Shown: positions 25,938 through 35,346 of the stretch, in pieces
Numbering within the stretch: the stretch's first letter is position 1
How the letters are laid out: every line of letters starts with the position of its first letter
Origin: Enterobacter phage ZX14
Sequence record: PP236086.1
Direction: 5' to 3' (one strand)
Length of the DNA stretch: 64,000 nucleotides
Position numbers and translations under genes: made by a program
Notes under the pieces: generated by a model
What the model was told of the DNA's origin: nothing
The model's database searches: none
The model's input: only the letters and a program-made list of their open reading frames with translations

Positions 25938-27607
25938 TGATGAGTGATATCGCCACCGATTGGTTTGTAGACTGCACCGGTTTCTTTATCGATGAGTTCC
26001 CACTTATCACTGTTCTTTGTGATAAGAGTTGCCGTAATAGCTTCTGGCAGGTCTTTAGCGACTGTACCGTCTTTCAACATACGGCCCATTTTACGTAATT
26101 GTTTAGTCAGCAGATACATGCCGTAGTAATAGGCTGAAACCGCTTTCAATGGGTTGTTCTTGAAATAACCACCGAGAGCAATCCAGATAATCGCTACAGC
26201 CAGATGGTGATGTTCGTTGAACGTGTCCATCTTTTCATATTTGTAGATTAATGGCTCGATATTAATATAAGCCTTTTCGCCTTCAATATTCAAACCACCC
26301 CATAAGGCATCTGCGTTAAATTCATCATACCCACTTACAGCATATAATACTTTTGCTTCATCATACAAGCGTGGACCATAAATCTTCGTGTTACCAAAAT
26401 AGCCGCGAGGGTCAATAAATTTAATATCGCCATCGATAAACGTAATCATCGTATTACTGAAGTTAGGGTCGCCATGAATAACATGATAACGTTTAGAATA
26501 TTGATAACGAACAAGATGGTTCAATGCCTGTTTCAACATTGGCACTAAACGACCGATTTTAATACCATTCACATGAGTAATCTTACCAAATGAATCAATC
26601 ACTGGCTGAATACTTGCACAACGGTCGATAACTTTATCATGGAATTCTTTCTTGAAATCGGCTTCTATTTCTTTACGGTCGACACTCTTACTCATTGCAT
26701 CTTCAAAACGAAGAGCATCAAGAATTTTATCAATCATACTGATACGAGCATTTGATTTCAATGTTTTGATATGCTCAAACATAGGCAGACCATGAATTCG
26801 TTCCATTTCAAATTCACCTGCTTCTTTATTGTAGTTAACGATTTGAGGAATCGAATTCGAATGAACAGAATAATACCATTTGACTTCATCTTCTTGAAGA
26901 GAACGGCCTTGTTCTGTTACTGCAATTTTAGTTACAGTATCTTCGTTTATTTCCACTGAATTAAAACTACGATTCAGTTCACGGTCTGCATGTGCATTAG
27001 CCAGTTTAGGCTTATCGCCTAAATCGATTAAATTCAGCAGTTCGGATTGACGCATTGATTCGCCATAAACGAAATCAACAAAGTCACGCCCTTCACAATG
27101 GTCATTGATTTCTTCTTTGGTTATGCCCATGAAGAATTCCCAGTCTTTAAACTGGTAAATGCCTACTACATTACCACCTGTTGCACCGACGTTACGAAGT
27201 GAATAACCGTCGAAATTATAACGGCATTCATCGCCCTTCGTATAAATGGCGTTCTCACCCCAAGACCATGAACCAAAGTCTGGGATAATGTCACACCAGT
27301 TCACGACGACATTATGACCATCCAGAATAGGATGTAATAATGCCAATGCATAAGCAGAACCATAAGATTCATCTACAGTCTGAACATTAATTTTCAGACC
27401 TTCTTGTTCTGCATAAGCTTCGACCATGCCCTGGAATTTAGAATGCACGACAACAATAACTTCATCTGCACCCAAATCAGTATAAATGGTCGCTAAGTTT
27501 TTGAGAATGGTGTCTTGTTTATAGTTCACAAGCACTTTAGGGATATGATGAGTGATTGGATATAAACGAGTAGCCAATCCAGCTCCGAGAATAACAGCCT
27601 TTTTCAT
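25919..27607 (-). CDS. bifunctional sugar-1-phosphate nucleotidyltransferase / APH-fold sugar kinase, 562 aa
   Basis: The N-terminus MKKAVILGAGLATRLYP is the G-x-G-T-R-L signature of NDP-sugar pyrophosphorylases. The C-terminal half has the kinase motifs HGDPNFSNTMI and DIKFIDPRG (Brenner HGD..N and DxD). The start was moved to 27607 (RBS GAGG) to avoid overlap with the upstream gene. Confidence 0.65.
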   Translation of the reverse strand: MKKAVILGAGLATRLYPITHHIPKVLVNYKQDTILKNLATIYTDLGADEVIVVVHSKFQGMVEAYAEQEGLKINVQTVDESYGSAYALALLHPILDGHNVVVNWCDIIPDFGSWSWGENAIYTKGDECRYNFDGYSLRNVGATGGNVVGIYQFKDWEFFMGITKEEINDHCEGRDFVDFVYGESMRQSELLNLIDLGDKPKLANAHADRELNRSFNSVEINEDTVTKIAVTEQGRSLQEDEVKWYYSVHSNSIPQIVNYNKEAGEFEMERIHGLPMFEHIKTLKSNARISMIDKILDALRFEDAMSKSVDRKEIEADFKKEFHDKVIDRCASIQPVIDSFGKITHVNGIKIGRLVPMLKQALNHLVRYQYSKRYHVIHGDPNFSNTMITFIDGDIKFIDPRGYFGNTKIYGPRLYDEAKVLYAVSGYDEFNADALWGGLNIEGEKAYINIEPLIYKYEKMDTFNEHHHLAVAIIWIALGGYFKNNPLKAVSAYYYGMYLLTKQLRKMGRMLKDGTVAKDLPEAITATLITKNSDKWELIDKETGAVYKPIGGDITHQWERIR

Positions 27608-27648
27608 TTTGTGTTCCTCATTAAATGGTACATCCATTGTACCATAAT

Positions 27649-27792
27649 TTAATTGAAGCAATTGTATTTGGCCTGGAGCCAGAGCATACACCAACCTATG
27701 ACTAATGTAGGAATCATTAGAGGTACAGTGATAGACCAATAAATTGTTAGTCCGAAGAAGGCTAACAGAAGGAATCCGGCTAAGTATTTCAT
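27649..27792 (-). CDS. hydrophobic micro-protein, 47 aa (not in ORF track)
   Basis: MKYLAGFLLLAFFGLTIYWSITVPLMIPTLVIGWCMLWLQAKYNCFN. Its ATG overlaps the SIS gene stop (ATGA). Confidence 0.3.
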   Translation of the reverse strand: MKYLAGFLLLAFFGLTIYWSITVPLMIPTLVIGWCMLWLQAKYNCFN

Positions 27793-28427
27793 TTCTCACC
27801 ACGGAGCTGAGCACCAAGTGCACCACCAGGGTGGAAGCGCAGGAAGTCGTCAGGAGTAAAACGACGTGCGGCTGAAAGGTTAATTGCAAAGGTATCAATT
27901 AGAGCCAAGAGCAGCGTCGTAGACATTGTAGGCGCTAATTTGTTGTCATCAATCTCAATAGCTCGACCAGTACAGAAATTGTAGTCGAACATCTTTAAGA
28001 TATCATCAGGTAGACTTGGATTACAATGAAGAAGAATCTGATTCACACCAGGACGAATACCACGCAGATGATTAACAACGCCTAACATTTCTTCAGTCTT
28101 ACCTGAACGAGAGATATGGACCAGCACATCATTAGGACCAATGAAACCAGCATCACCGTGTGAATAATGGCCTGTATTCAAATACATACTTGGAATACCA
28201 AGCGAGGCCATTGTTTCTGAAGCCTTAGTGGCGATGTTAGCGTTTTTACCTACACCAGTAATAATTACACGACCTTCATAATCGGACAAACCAGGGACGC
28301 CTAGGACTGCCAGGATTTCAAGATAATTTCTATAATCTTTCTCAACTATAGATGTCAGTATATCAAGAGCTTGTGATTGAAGTTCTAATGCATTTTTAGC
28401 TCGGTCAATTGGATTGATGTGGTTCAT
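27789..28427 (-). CDS. SIS-domain sugar-phosphate isomerase (arabinose-5-phosphate isomerase / GmhA-like), 212 aa
   Basis: SIS motifs ITGVGKNANIATKASETMASLG and HISRSGKTEE. It has only the SIS domain, with no CBS pair. Confidence 0.7.
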   Translation of the reverse strand: MNHINPIDRAKNALELQSQALDILTSIVEKDYRNYLEILAVLGVPGLSDYEGRVIITGVGKNANIATKASETMASLGIPSMYLNTGHYSHGDAGFIGPNDVLVHISRSGKTEEMLGVVNHLRGIRPGVNQILLHCNPSLPDDILKMFDYNFCTGRAIEIDDNKLAPTMSTTLLLALIDTFAINLSAARRFTPDDFLRFHPGGALGAQLRGEK

Positions 28428-28953
28428 TACGTTTTACCCTATTACATTCATTTTCAGTTTTAAGAGCTTTGGCCTGAAGCTTTGTGTAGCTCTTTTTCCA
28501 AAGGTCAAAAGCTGTACTGTATTCATAAGATTTACGATAATCGCTTCGTGATGGGCGTTTATCAATAAGTTTATTATATTCTTCTTTGAACGTATCATTG
28601 ACAAAACGCTCACAGTATTCTGCAATACGAGTGTTACGGTCAATTTCATGGTTCTTGGCTACAGCACGAAGATAATCTTCACGTGGTTGTGCGTTACGAC
28701 GTTCTTCATCAAGCTTGGCTGCTAATTCAGCTTGAGCAGCACAGTTCTTACCACATTGATTTGGAGCTCTGGTATACGTAATGCCTGTACCGTTACGCCA
28801 TTGGACTTCACCTGTACGTGCGTCAACTTCAGCCTGGGTCCTAATCTTTCCTACTTCAGACGCATTGTAGATAGGCCCTTGAGGCATCTGACAACCGGCC
28901 AGAAGAGTAGCAGCTGCTATTAAAGCAATTTTAAATTTCATTTTAATCCTCAA
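28405..28953 (-). CDS. putative lipoprotein, 182 aa
   Basis: Signal peptide with a lipobox LLAGC. Charged, coiled-coil-rich mature part. It lies between gene 43 and the 42 region, where T4 carries imm. Confidence 0.5.
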   Translation of the reverse strand: MRIKMKFKIALIAAATLLAGCQMPQGPIYNASEVGKIRTQAEVDARTGEVQWRNGTGITYTRAPNQCGKNCAAQAELAAKLDEERRNAQPREDYLRAVAKNHEIDRNTRIAEYCERFVNDTFKEEYNKLIDKRPSRSDYRKSYEYSTAFDLWKKSYTKLQAKALKTENECNRVKRNEPHQSN

Positions 28954-28996
28954 AAAGTGTTAGGCCATTTTATCACAGCCTAACACATTTGTAAAC

Positions 28997-31702
28997 TTAG
29001 AAATCGAACATATCGAACAGACTTGCTTTCTTTTCATAGTCAATTTTAGCTGCATCGGTGAAAGCAGTTAAAGGTTTGACGAATGTTTTCTGGAACAACG
29101 TGTTGTAGTCCATCCAAGCCAGAACTTGGTCACGAATCTGAATTGGTAGTTCAATTCCTGAAGGCCATGCAATAGACGTTTCACCAAATGGGTTACCTTC
29201 ACGAAGTGGAAGAGTATAAACCTTTTCACCATCTACAATTTGTGGAACGGTGAGGTCGCCTTTGGTTGCTCGCATATAAGCTAGAACACCTTTGATATGG
29301 CCAGGGCATTTATAACCTGGGAAACCATTATCATTATACTTCTGAATGTTGTTCGCTGAAGATACACCTGCGATGCTGATATAATTCAGTTCATTGAATT
29401 CTTTGTTGAACTCTTTGAAATATTCTTGCAGACTTCCTTCACCTTCTTGAAGCATACGACGAATACATTCTTTTAGTGCTTTCTGAACAGCTTTTGGAGT
29501 ACTTGATTTCTGAGTTTCAAGTCCCATGATTTTCAGTTTTGGTTCAACGAAACGAGTACCTTCCATGTCCCATACGTTCAGGGCATATCGTTTCTTGCCG
29601 GTCCAGAAACCACCAATACCATCAGAACCAAGTGGTGGTCCTGCGATAGCTTCTCGGTCCATGAACATCAAATGTTCTCTGTTGTTCATGTATTCACACA
29701 TTTCACGGAAGCCAGCATCAATAGCAGGTTCCATACGTTCACGTGCGAACTTATCTAAGAAGTCTACATAATGGTTCGTGTCGCGGAATTTTTCCATTCC
29801 TACTTTCTCAAGGATTTTATCAGCCTTCACATAAATGGAGTCAGTATCACCATAAAGTACGAATGCTTCATTTTCTGTACCAAGAGTTTTGTTCAGATAT
29901 TCATTAACCTTACGTTCAATCCACTGCAATGCCATCTGACCAAAGGTTGTGATAGCCGTAGCATTTCGAAGGTCGTAATAACGGAACCATACGTTACCAA
30001 GTGCACCATAAAGTGAGTTGATAAGCAACTTACGGTTAATCTGAGCAGTGTTACCTGCAACTTCACAACGTTCTGCTTTGAACAACATTGATTCTAATGC
30101 TTTCTGACTTAATTCGTGAAGTTTAGATTTAACTTCATCATTGAAGTCGAAACGGTAATCAACTTCAAATTCAGGCTTATCACCTTTAGTCGTTTTCTTA
30201 GCTTCTTTAATAAGTTCTTGGTTACGCTGAGCAGCCAGCATATAACCTTTATGCTCTTTACGCTGTTTAAAGACCTTAGTGATTTCAACCGGAACTACGC
30301 CTTGGAAGCTCTTATCGTACATCATACCATTTGGAGAACATGAATACACATCAGATGGGCGTGGAGCTGTACCAGCGATATATTCAGCCAATGGATGTAC
30401 TTTGAACTGACCAACTAATGTTTCTGGGCTGATATTAACTTGACGAATGATACTTGGGTACAGAGATGTCAAGTCAAAGCTCATTACATATTTGTAGGCA
30501 TTCGGAATCGGTTCTTTAACAAATGCACCAGGATAAGGCAGAACTGGGTGTGACTGCATTTGTGGAATAACTTTCTTCTGGTCTTTAAGTGAGTTAAAGA
30601 TGATTGCGTCCCATGTTTTGATAGGACTAAACACAGATTGAATCTGCATCTTCGCATAATAACCCATTGACAAGCTCAGGTTAATGAACTGTCGTTTCAT
30701 ATCAATTTGAATAACACGATAAACGTCGATAATGTTATAACTGATATAACGTTGGTGGTTAGTTTCACGCAACTTAGAAATAGGACCATCATATGGCAGT
30801 TTACCGACCTTCAATTCAAATTCAGAGACATAGTCTAAAGAATAAGATGGCTGGTTGGTGAAACTAAATTTCTTGTACAGGTCAATATAATCCAGCATAC
30901 TGATACCGTACAGTTGGATAATCTGACGGGCGCCACCATACATACTTTCAACTTCTTTAATACGAACACGACGGTGAGGAGACAGACGTTTAGCGGTCTT
31001 TTCACTGAAGATATTCTTCAAACGGTTATACACGTACGGCACGTCAAATGCCTCAACGTTCCAACCTGTTAAAACAACAGGAGTTTTCTGTTCCCAAAGG
31101 TTCAGATATTCCAGAAGAAGTTCTTTTTCATCATCGAATGGCATATAGACAATTTTATCTGCGATTTCTTCAGGCAGAGCATCACCACCTTCTTCTTCAA
31201 GTTTGCGAGCCAGTTTCAATGACCATTCTTTGACATTACCATATGGACCACCTAAAAGGTCAAACACATAGAACTTATCATCGATAGAATCATAATGGGT
31301 AATCGCATCGATTGGATGCTTAGCTTCAGCCGGTTCAGGGAACCCGTCAGGAGATGTTACCTCGATGTCAAAGTTTGCTACACGAATTTTAGTCTGGTCG
31401 TAATGGATTTCACCACGATAAGTGTCGCTGATATAAGCCAACTTATAATCGTCCATGCCTAGTGCTTCAAGACCCATGTCGTCCATACGACGCATCCAAT
31501 CTTTAGCATCACGCATGCCTGGGAAAGTTTTCTTGACACAATATTTGCCATAGATATCTTTATATTCTGTAGGCTCATTAGAGTGCATGAACATACATGG
31601 AGCATAAGTTACTTCACGAACTTGTTCGCGACCATTACTATCGATATAACGTTCGAAGATACTGTCACCGAATTGTTCGACTGTCAAATAAAATTCTTGC
31701 AT
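28997..31702 (-). CDS. 43: DNA polymerase gp43 (family B)
   Basis: 901 aa. Exo I FDIEV, pol motifs DxxSLYPS (SFDLTSLYPSII), KILINSLYG and YGDTDS. It is closely similar to RB69/T4 gp43 over its full length. Confidence 0.95.
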   Translation of the reverse strand: MQEFYLTVEQFGDSIFERYIDSNGREQVREVTYAPCMFMHSNEPTEYKDIYGKYCVKKTFPGMRDAKDWMRRMDDMGLEALGMDDYKLAYISDTYRGEIHYDQTKIRVANFDIEVTSPDGFPEPAEAKHPIDAITHYDSIDDKFYVFDLLGGPYGNVKEWSLKLARKLEEEGGDALPEEIADKIVYMPFDDEKELLLEYLNLWEQKTPVVLTGWNVEAFDVPYVYNRLKNIFSEKTAKRLSPHRRVRIKEVESMYGGARQIIQLYGISMLDYIDLYKKFSFTNQPSYSLDYVSEFELKVGKLPYDGPISKLRETNHQRYISYNIIDVYRVIQIDMKRQFINLSLSMGYYAKMQIQSVFSPIKTWDAIIFNSLKDQKKVIPQMQSHPVLPYPGAFVKEPIPNAYKYVMSFDLTSLYPSIIRQVNISPETLVGQFKVHPLAEYIAGTAPRPSDVYSCSPNGMMYDKSFQGVVPVEITKVFKQRKEHKGYMLAAQRNQELIKEAKKTTKGDKPEFEVDYRFDFNDEVKSKLHELSQKALESMLFKAERCEVAGNTAQINRKLLINSLYGALGNVWFRYYDLRNATAITTFGQMALQWIERKVNEYLNKTLGTENEAFVLYGDTDSIYVKADKILEKVGMEKFRDTNHYVDFLDKFARERMEPAIDAGFREMCEYMNNREHLMFMDREAIAGPPLGSDGIGGFWTGKKRYALNVWDMEGTRFVEPKLKIMGLETQKSSTPKAVQKALKECIRRMLQEGEGSLQEYFKEFNKEFNELNYISIAGVSSANNIQKYNDNGFPGYKCPGHIKGVLAYMRATKGDLTVPQIVDGEKVYTLPLREGNPFGETSIAWPSGIELPIQIRDQVLAWMDYNTLFQKTFVKPLTAFTDAAKIDYEKKASLFDMFDF

Positions 31703-31767
31703 TGTTTTTCCTTTTGGTTTATAGTCCGAGTGATTGGACTGTTGGTACTGCCATTATACTCCGAAAA

Positions 31768-31783
31768 GGAGCCCGTAGGCTCC
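31768..31783 (-). terminator. hairpin + T-run between small ORF and gene 43
   Basis: ggagcccgtaggctcc followed on the minus strand by TTTTCGG. Confidence 0.4.
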
Positions 31784-31788
31784 TATTG

Positions 31789-31953
31789 CTATACTACGAC
31801 AACTTCATTAGTGATTTTGTTTCCACGTTTAACAAAAACTGTTATAGCTGTGCCTTCTTTAACACCTTCAAATACCGCTTGTTGAATTTGGTATGTGATT
31901 TGCTCATCGGGTGTAAGGTCGAACAATGTTTTACCTTTTGGAACTTCAATCAT
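31789..31953 (-). CDS. hypothetical protein, 54 aa (not in ORF track)
   Basis: MIEVPKGKTLFDLTPDEQITYQIQQAVFEGVKEGTAITVFVKRGNKITNEVVVV. Its ATG is 2 nt after the regA stop. Confidence 0.3.
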   Translation of the reverse strand: MIEVPKGKTLFDLTPDEQITYQIQQAVFEGVKEGTAITVFVKRGNKITNEVVVV

Positions 31954-31954
31954 A

Positions 31955-32323
31955 TTAGTTACCTATTGTGTATTTTGATTTCAGTGTCCATTCATGTTTT
32001 TGTTTGAAAGAAATGACACGGAAGTTATTTGTCAGTTCTTTCATGAATGAACGTTGGCCTTGAGCAATTTCAATCAGACCCCAATCTTCAAGCAGCCATG
32101 TAATAGAGTCACGACGAGTTTCATCTTCTTCAGTGAATTCAACTTGTCGACCATCCATCTTTAACATTTCTTTAAAATGAACAATGTAATATTTTTCTTG
32201 TTTATGAAGAATATGACAACTCTGATAAAGAACTTTATCTTTATTGTTCGCAATACCCATACGAGTCAGAGTTTCTTTGACCTTCAAGAAGTCTTCTGGA
32301 TTTTTCAGTTTAATTTCAATCAT
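31955..32323 (-). CDS. regA: translational repressor RegA
   Basis: 122 aa, nearly identical in blocks to T4 RegA (MIEI.LK.PEDFLKVKETLTRMGIANNKDKVLYQSCHIL...FRVISFKQKHEW). Confidence 0.9.
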   Translation of the reverse strand: MIEIKLKNPEDFLKVKETLTRMGIANNKDKVLYQSCHILHKQEKYYIVHFKEMLKMDGRQVEFTEEDETRRDSITWLLEDWGLIEIAQGQRSFMKELTNNFRVISFKQKHEWTLKSKYTIGN

Positions 32324-32324
32324 G

Positions 32325-32897
32325 TTACCATTCCAATGCTTTCTTTTTCAAATCTTTTTGTTCTTTAACATTCTTGGTCACATCTTTTAAGAATTCGTCT
32401 GTGACAAGCCCTTTCATCTTCTTCAACATTGCAGGAAGATGTCCTTTAGCTTTATATGTAGTGAGATACATACGAGCATCGTCATTGTTGATATTGTGAT
32501 ACTTCATAAGAAGTTTAAGTAAGAATACTTCATTCACTTCATCATCGTGGGCCTTAGCCCACTTACCAAATCTTTTACCTTTAGGAACAGAATGAAGCAA
32601 ATAGTTAAAATGACTTTGGTCATCAAGTTTCAAACAGTTAGCCATTGCTGCCTGCATAATACAATCAACATGCTGACTTAAACTATTATTCACCCAGAAC
32701 TGATTATAGTTCTCAGAGGCGTTCAGGTTACGTTGTTTCTTACCGAATGTGATATCGTTCATGATAGCGAACAATTCATTCTCAGCTTTCTCTTTGAATG
32801 AATCAGCTAGCTCACGAATCTTATCTTCGTCACGAGACTTCCAAGCAATCTCGTGTTCGTTCAGTTCAACATCATCATCAAAAAGACTTACAGCCAT
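32325..32897 (-). CDS. 62: clamp loader small subunit gp62
   Basis: 190 aa (T4 gp62 is 187 aa). Synteny regA-62-44-45. Confidence 0.8.
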   Translation of the reverse strand: MAVSLFDDDVELNEHEIAWKSRDEDKIRELADSFKEKAENELFAIMNDITFGKKQRNLNASENYNQFWVNNSLSQHVDCIMQAAMANCLKLDDQSHFNYLLHSVPKGKRFGKWAKAHDDEVNEVFLLKLLMKYHNINNDDARMYLTTYKAKGHLPAMLKKMKGLVTDEFLKDVTKNVKEQKDLKKKALEW

Positions 32898-33871
32898 TGG
32901 AGCTCCAGAGCAAGTTGGATGAACAAATAGGTCATGTGAATTTCAGGGTTAGCAGCGATACCATGATACTGATTATTTTCACCGACAATTTCATACATTC
33001 TAACAATGCTTGGTCCAGGCAATTTAGTATAAACGTCATTTGCCAGAGCTTGTACAAAGTTTGCATAATCGTTTACGTGTCGTGGAGCTAATGAACGAAG
33101 AGTTTTAAAGTCTTTAGCTTTCAATGCATCAACAACATCATCAATAGGAGTACGAGTATTCATCACAATGCTCAGAATACCTGCATCAATCTTACCTGAC
33201 TGACTATATTGGTCGAGAAGATTAACAACCTTGCGGAAGTCTGGGAAGTTGTGCTTAACCAGGGCACCAATGACCTTAAGGTCTTCAACTTCAACTTCTT
33301 CGTTTTTACAGATTTCAACAGAACGACGAATCATTTCTTTCATCATCGAATTCTGGTCTGCAGGAGTTGCTTCACCAAACGTAATAACACGACAACGCGA
33401 TTGCAGTGGAGTAATGATGCCGTCAATGCTATTAGCTGTAATAACTACTGAACAGTTAGAAGAATATGCATCAATAAATGAACGCATATAACGCTGGGAT
33501 TCTGCTACACCTTGTGAATCATATTCGTCAATAACAATTACTTTACGTCGACCTTCAATTGATTTAGAAGATGCAAAACGAGTCAGTTCATTACGGACAA
33601 AATCAATACGGCAGTCAGAACCTTTAACAAAGAACATTTCTGAATTCGTATCATTACATAATGCACGTGCAACAGTTGTTTTACCTGTACCAGGACTTGC
33701 TGAAACTAAAATAAGGTTCGGTACAAGCCCTTTAGCCACGATACCTTCAAAGATTTTCTTATCTTCAGCAGGAAGAATACATTCAGAAATAGTTCCTGGA
33801 CGATACTTCAATTCCCACATGAATTCTTTATTGTTTACTGTCAACATATCATTTTCCTCAGTTAGTTTCAC
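32888..33871 (-). CDS. 44: clamp loader large subunit gp44 (AAA+)
   Basis: 327 aa. Walker A SASPGTGKTT, Walker B VIVIDEYD, SRC-like motif. Confidence 0.85.
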   Translation of the reverse strand: MKLTEENDMLTVNNKEFMWELKYRPGTISECILPAEDKKIFEGIVAKGLVPNLILVSASPGTGKTTVARALCNDTNSEMFFVKGSDCRIDFVRNELTRFASSKSIEGRRKVIVIDEYDSQGVAESQRYMRSFIDAYSSNCSVVITANSIDGIITPLQSRCRVITFGEATPADQNSMMKEMIRRSVEICKNEEVEVEDLKVIGALVKHNFPDFRKVVNLLDQYSQSGKIDAGILSIVMNTRTPIDDVVDALKAKDFKTLRSLAPRHVNDYANFVQALANDVYTKLPGPSIVRMYEIVGENNQYHGIAANPEIHMTYLFIQLALELQWL

Positions 33872-33883
33872 TTAATACTCCAA

Positions 33884-33899
33884 GGAGACCGAAGTCTCC
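33884..33899 (-). other. UUCG-tetraloop hairpin between genes 45 and 44
   Basis: ggagaccgaagtctcc in the 35-nt 45-44 intergenic region. It is a likely RNA processing or stability element rather than a full terminator. Confidence 0.35.
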
Positions 33900-33905
33900 T
33901 TTATT

Positions 33906-34592
33906 TTAAAACGAATGGCTAGAGCCTTCTTCCATTGCAATAACATAGGAAGCTTGTGAACCTTCAAACTTAGCAGCGAACTTTTTATCAGCAGCCCACA
34001 GATGGACACGATAATCAGCAGGAATCATTTTCAGGTTCGTTTTGTTAATGATGAATTTAAAATCAGGACCATCATGGTCGCCAACAACCAGAGAGTACAG
34101 TTGGCGGTTCAGGTCTTTGTCTTCAAGTTGGTTATGTCCATCAATAACGATTTTACCATCTTTAGCACGAATAACCAGTGTATCAATTTTCAGACCGTTC
34201 GAAGCACGCAGCAACTGTTGCAGGTCTTCGCCTTTAAGATCGAAAATAACCTTAGCCACTGGGAAAGGAATTTTCTTGGCTGGGAATACAATAGTGCTTG
34301 GGTCGGCCACTGGCCAGAAGATTGTAGAACGTTGGTCACGAATAACCAGATTAGTTTCATCTTCACTTACAGAAACTTCAGCAGAATCAGAAACCAGGCC
34401 AAGAATAGACAGGAACCCGTTCAGGTCATAGATTGCTGCTTCGAAATCAATTTCATCATTGATTTCTGCTTCACCATAACTTGCGCCTGATACAGAACGA
34501 GTCAGAATTGTATTACCTGGACGGAGCATGATACCAGAGTAAATGGAAGAGAAGTTTTTCAGTACGGAGATAGTATCTTTAGAGAATTTCAT
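33906..34592 (-). CDS. 45: sliding clamp gp45
   Basis: 228 aa (T4 gp45 is 228 aa). Synteny. Confidence 0.85.
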   Translation of the reverse strand: MKFSKDTISVLKNFSSIYSGIMLRPGNTILTRSVSGASYGEAEINDEIDFEAAIYDLNGFLSILGLVSDSAEVSVSEDETNLVIRDQRSTIFWPVADPSTIVFPAKKIPFPVAKVIFDLKGEDLQQLLRASNGLKIDTLVIRAKDGKIVIDGHNQLEDKDLNRQLYSLVVGDHDGPDFKFIINKTNLKMIPADYRVHLWAADKKFAAKFEGSQASYVIAMEEGSSHSF

Positions 34593-34620
34593 TTAATTAC
34601 CTTTTATTCAAGTCAGTTAA

Positions 34621-35052
34621 TTATACAACAGCTTCGATTACAGCCATTTGTTTCTTAATTGCAGCTGGCAGAGATTCGATGAATTCTGGAATACTCGCAG
34701 CAATAATTTCAGCAGCCTGAATAAGTTGTTCATCTGCATCAACACAATATTCATCTTCAAGACGATCAGCGCCAACAGAATCCATTACGAACTTAGCACC
34801 AGCAGCTACACTGTCGGCAATATGCTTACGCATGATTTCGAGCCATTTGTCATTTACTTCATCATCAATAGCTTCATAAAGCATGAATTTAGTTTCTTGT
34901 GGCAGTGATTGCAGTCGAGTAGCAGAATCAGCATCACAATGCAGAACCCATGCACGACGAATTTTGTTTTGGTTGTTAGGGTTAGAATCGGTACGGACGT
35001 TTTTAGGTTGGATATCACGAGCGGTAATGCCGATTGCAGAAGCGTATGTCAT
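34621..35052 (-). CDS. rpbA: RpbA-like RNA polymerase binding protein (by position), 143 aa
   Basis: It lies immediately after gene 45, where T4 has rpbA. Acidic helical protein. Synteny only. Confidence 0.4.
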   Translation of the reverse strand: MTYASAIGITARDIQPKNVRTDSNPNNQNKIRRAWVLHCDADSATRLQSLPQETKFMLYEAIDDEVNDKWLEIMRKHIADSVAAGAKFVMDSVGADRLEDEYCVDADEQLIQAAEIIAASIPEFIESLPAAIKKQMAVIEAVV

Positions 35053-35151
35053 ATTATTTCTCTCTAATCAAGTTATTCATTTAACGTGGTAATTTTAACA
35101 TAAGTAATTGAAAGCATTCGGATTAAGCTATTCAATTACTTATTCACTTAC

Positions 35152-35346
35152 TTATTCAAAATACTCATAGACGAACCATGATGTATTTCTTCCAGACATT
35201 ATCTTATCACACTCGTCAAGAAAAGCATCTCTCAACATTTTTTCAGTAACAAGATGATAAGTCTCGTTGATATTGTTTACTAACACATATCGTTTTAAAT
35301 CAGGGGCGGCCAGCAAGTGCTGGCCTGTTGTAAATTCAATTGCCAT
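35152..35346 (-). CDS. hypothetical protein, 64 aa
   Basis: Small ORF between rpbA and 46. Confidence 0.35.
   Translation of the reverse strand: MAIEFTTGQHLLAAPDLKRYVLVNNINETYHLVTEKMLRDAFLDECDKIMSGRNTSWFVYEYFE

Noticed and set aside
25919-27898. Track ORF of 659 aa with a 97-aa N-terminal extension overlapping the SIS isomerase gene
   Set aside because: The extension overlaps the upstream gene by 110 nt in another frame and lacks an RBS. An internal ATG at 27607 has a GAGG RBS and begins exactly at the nucleotidyltransferase G-x-G-T-R-L motif.
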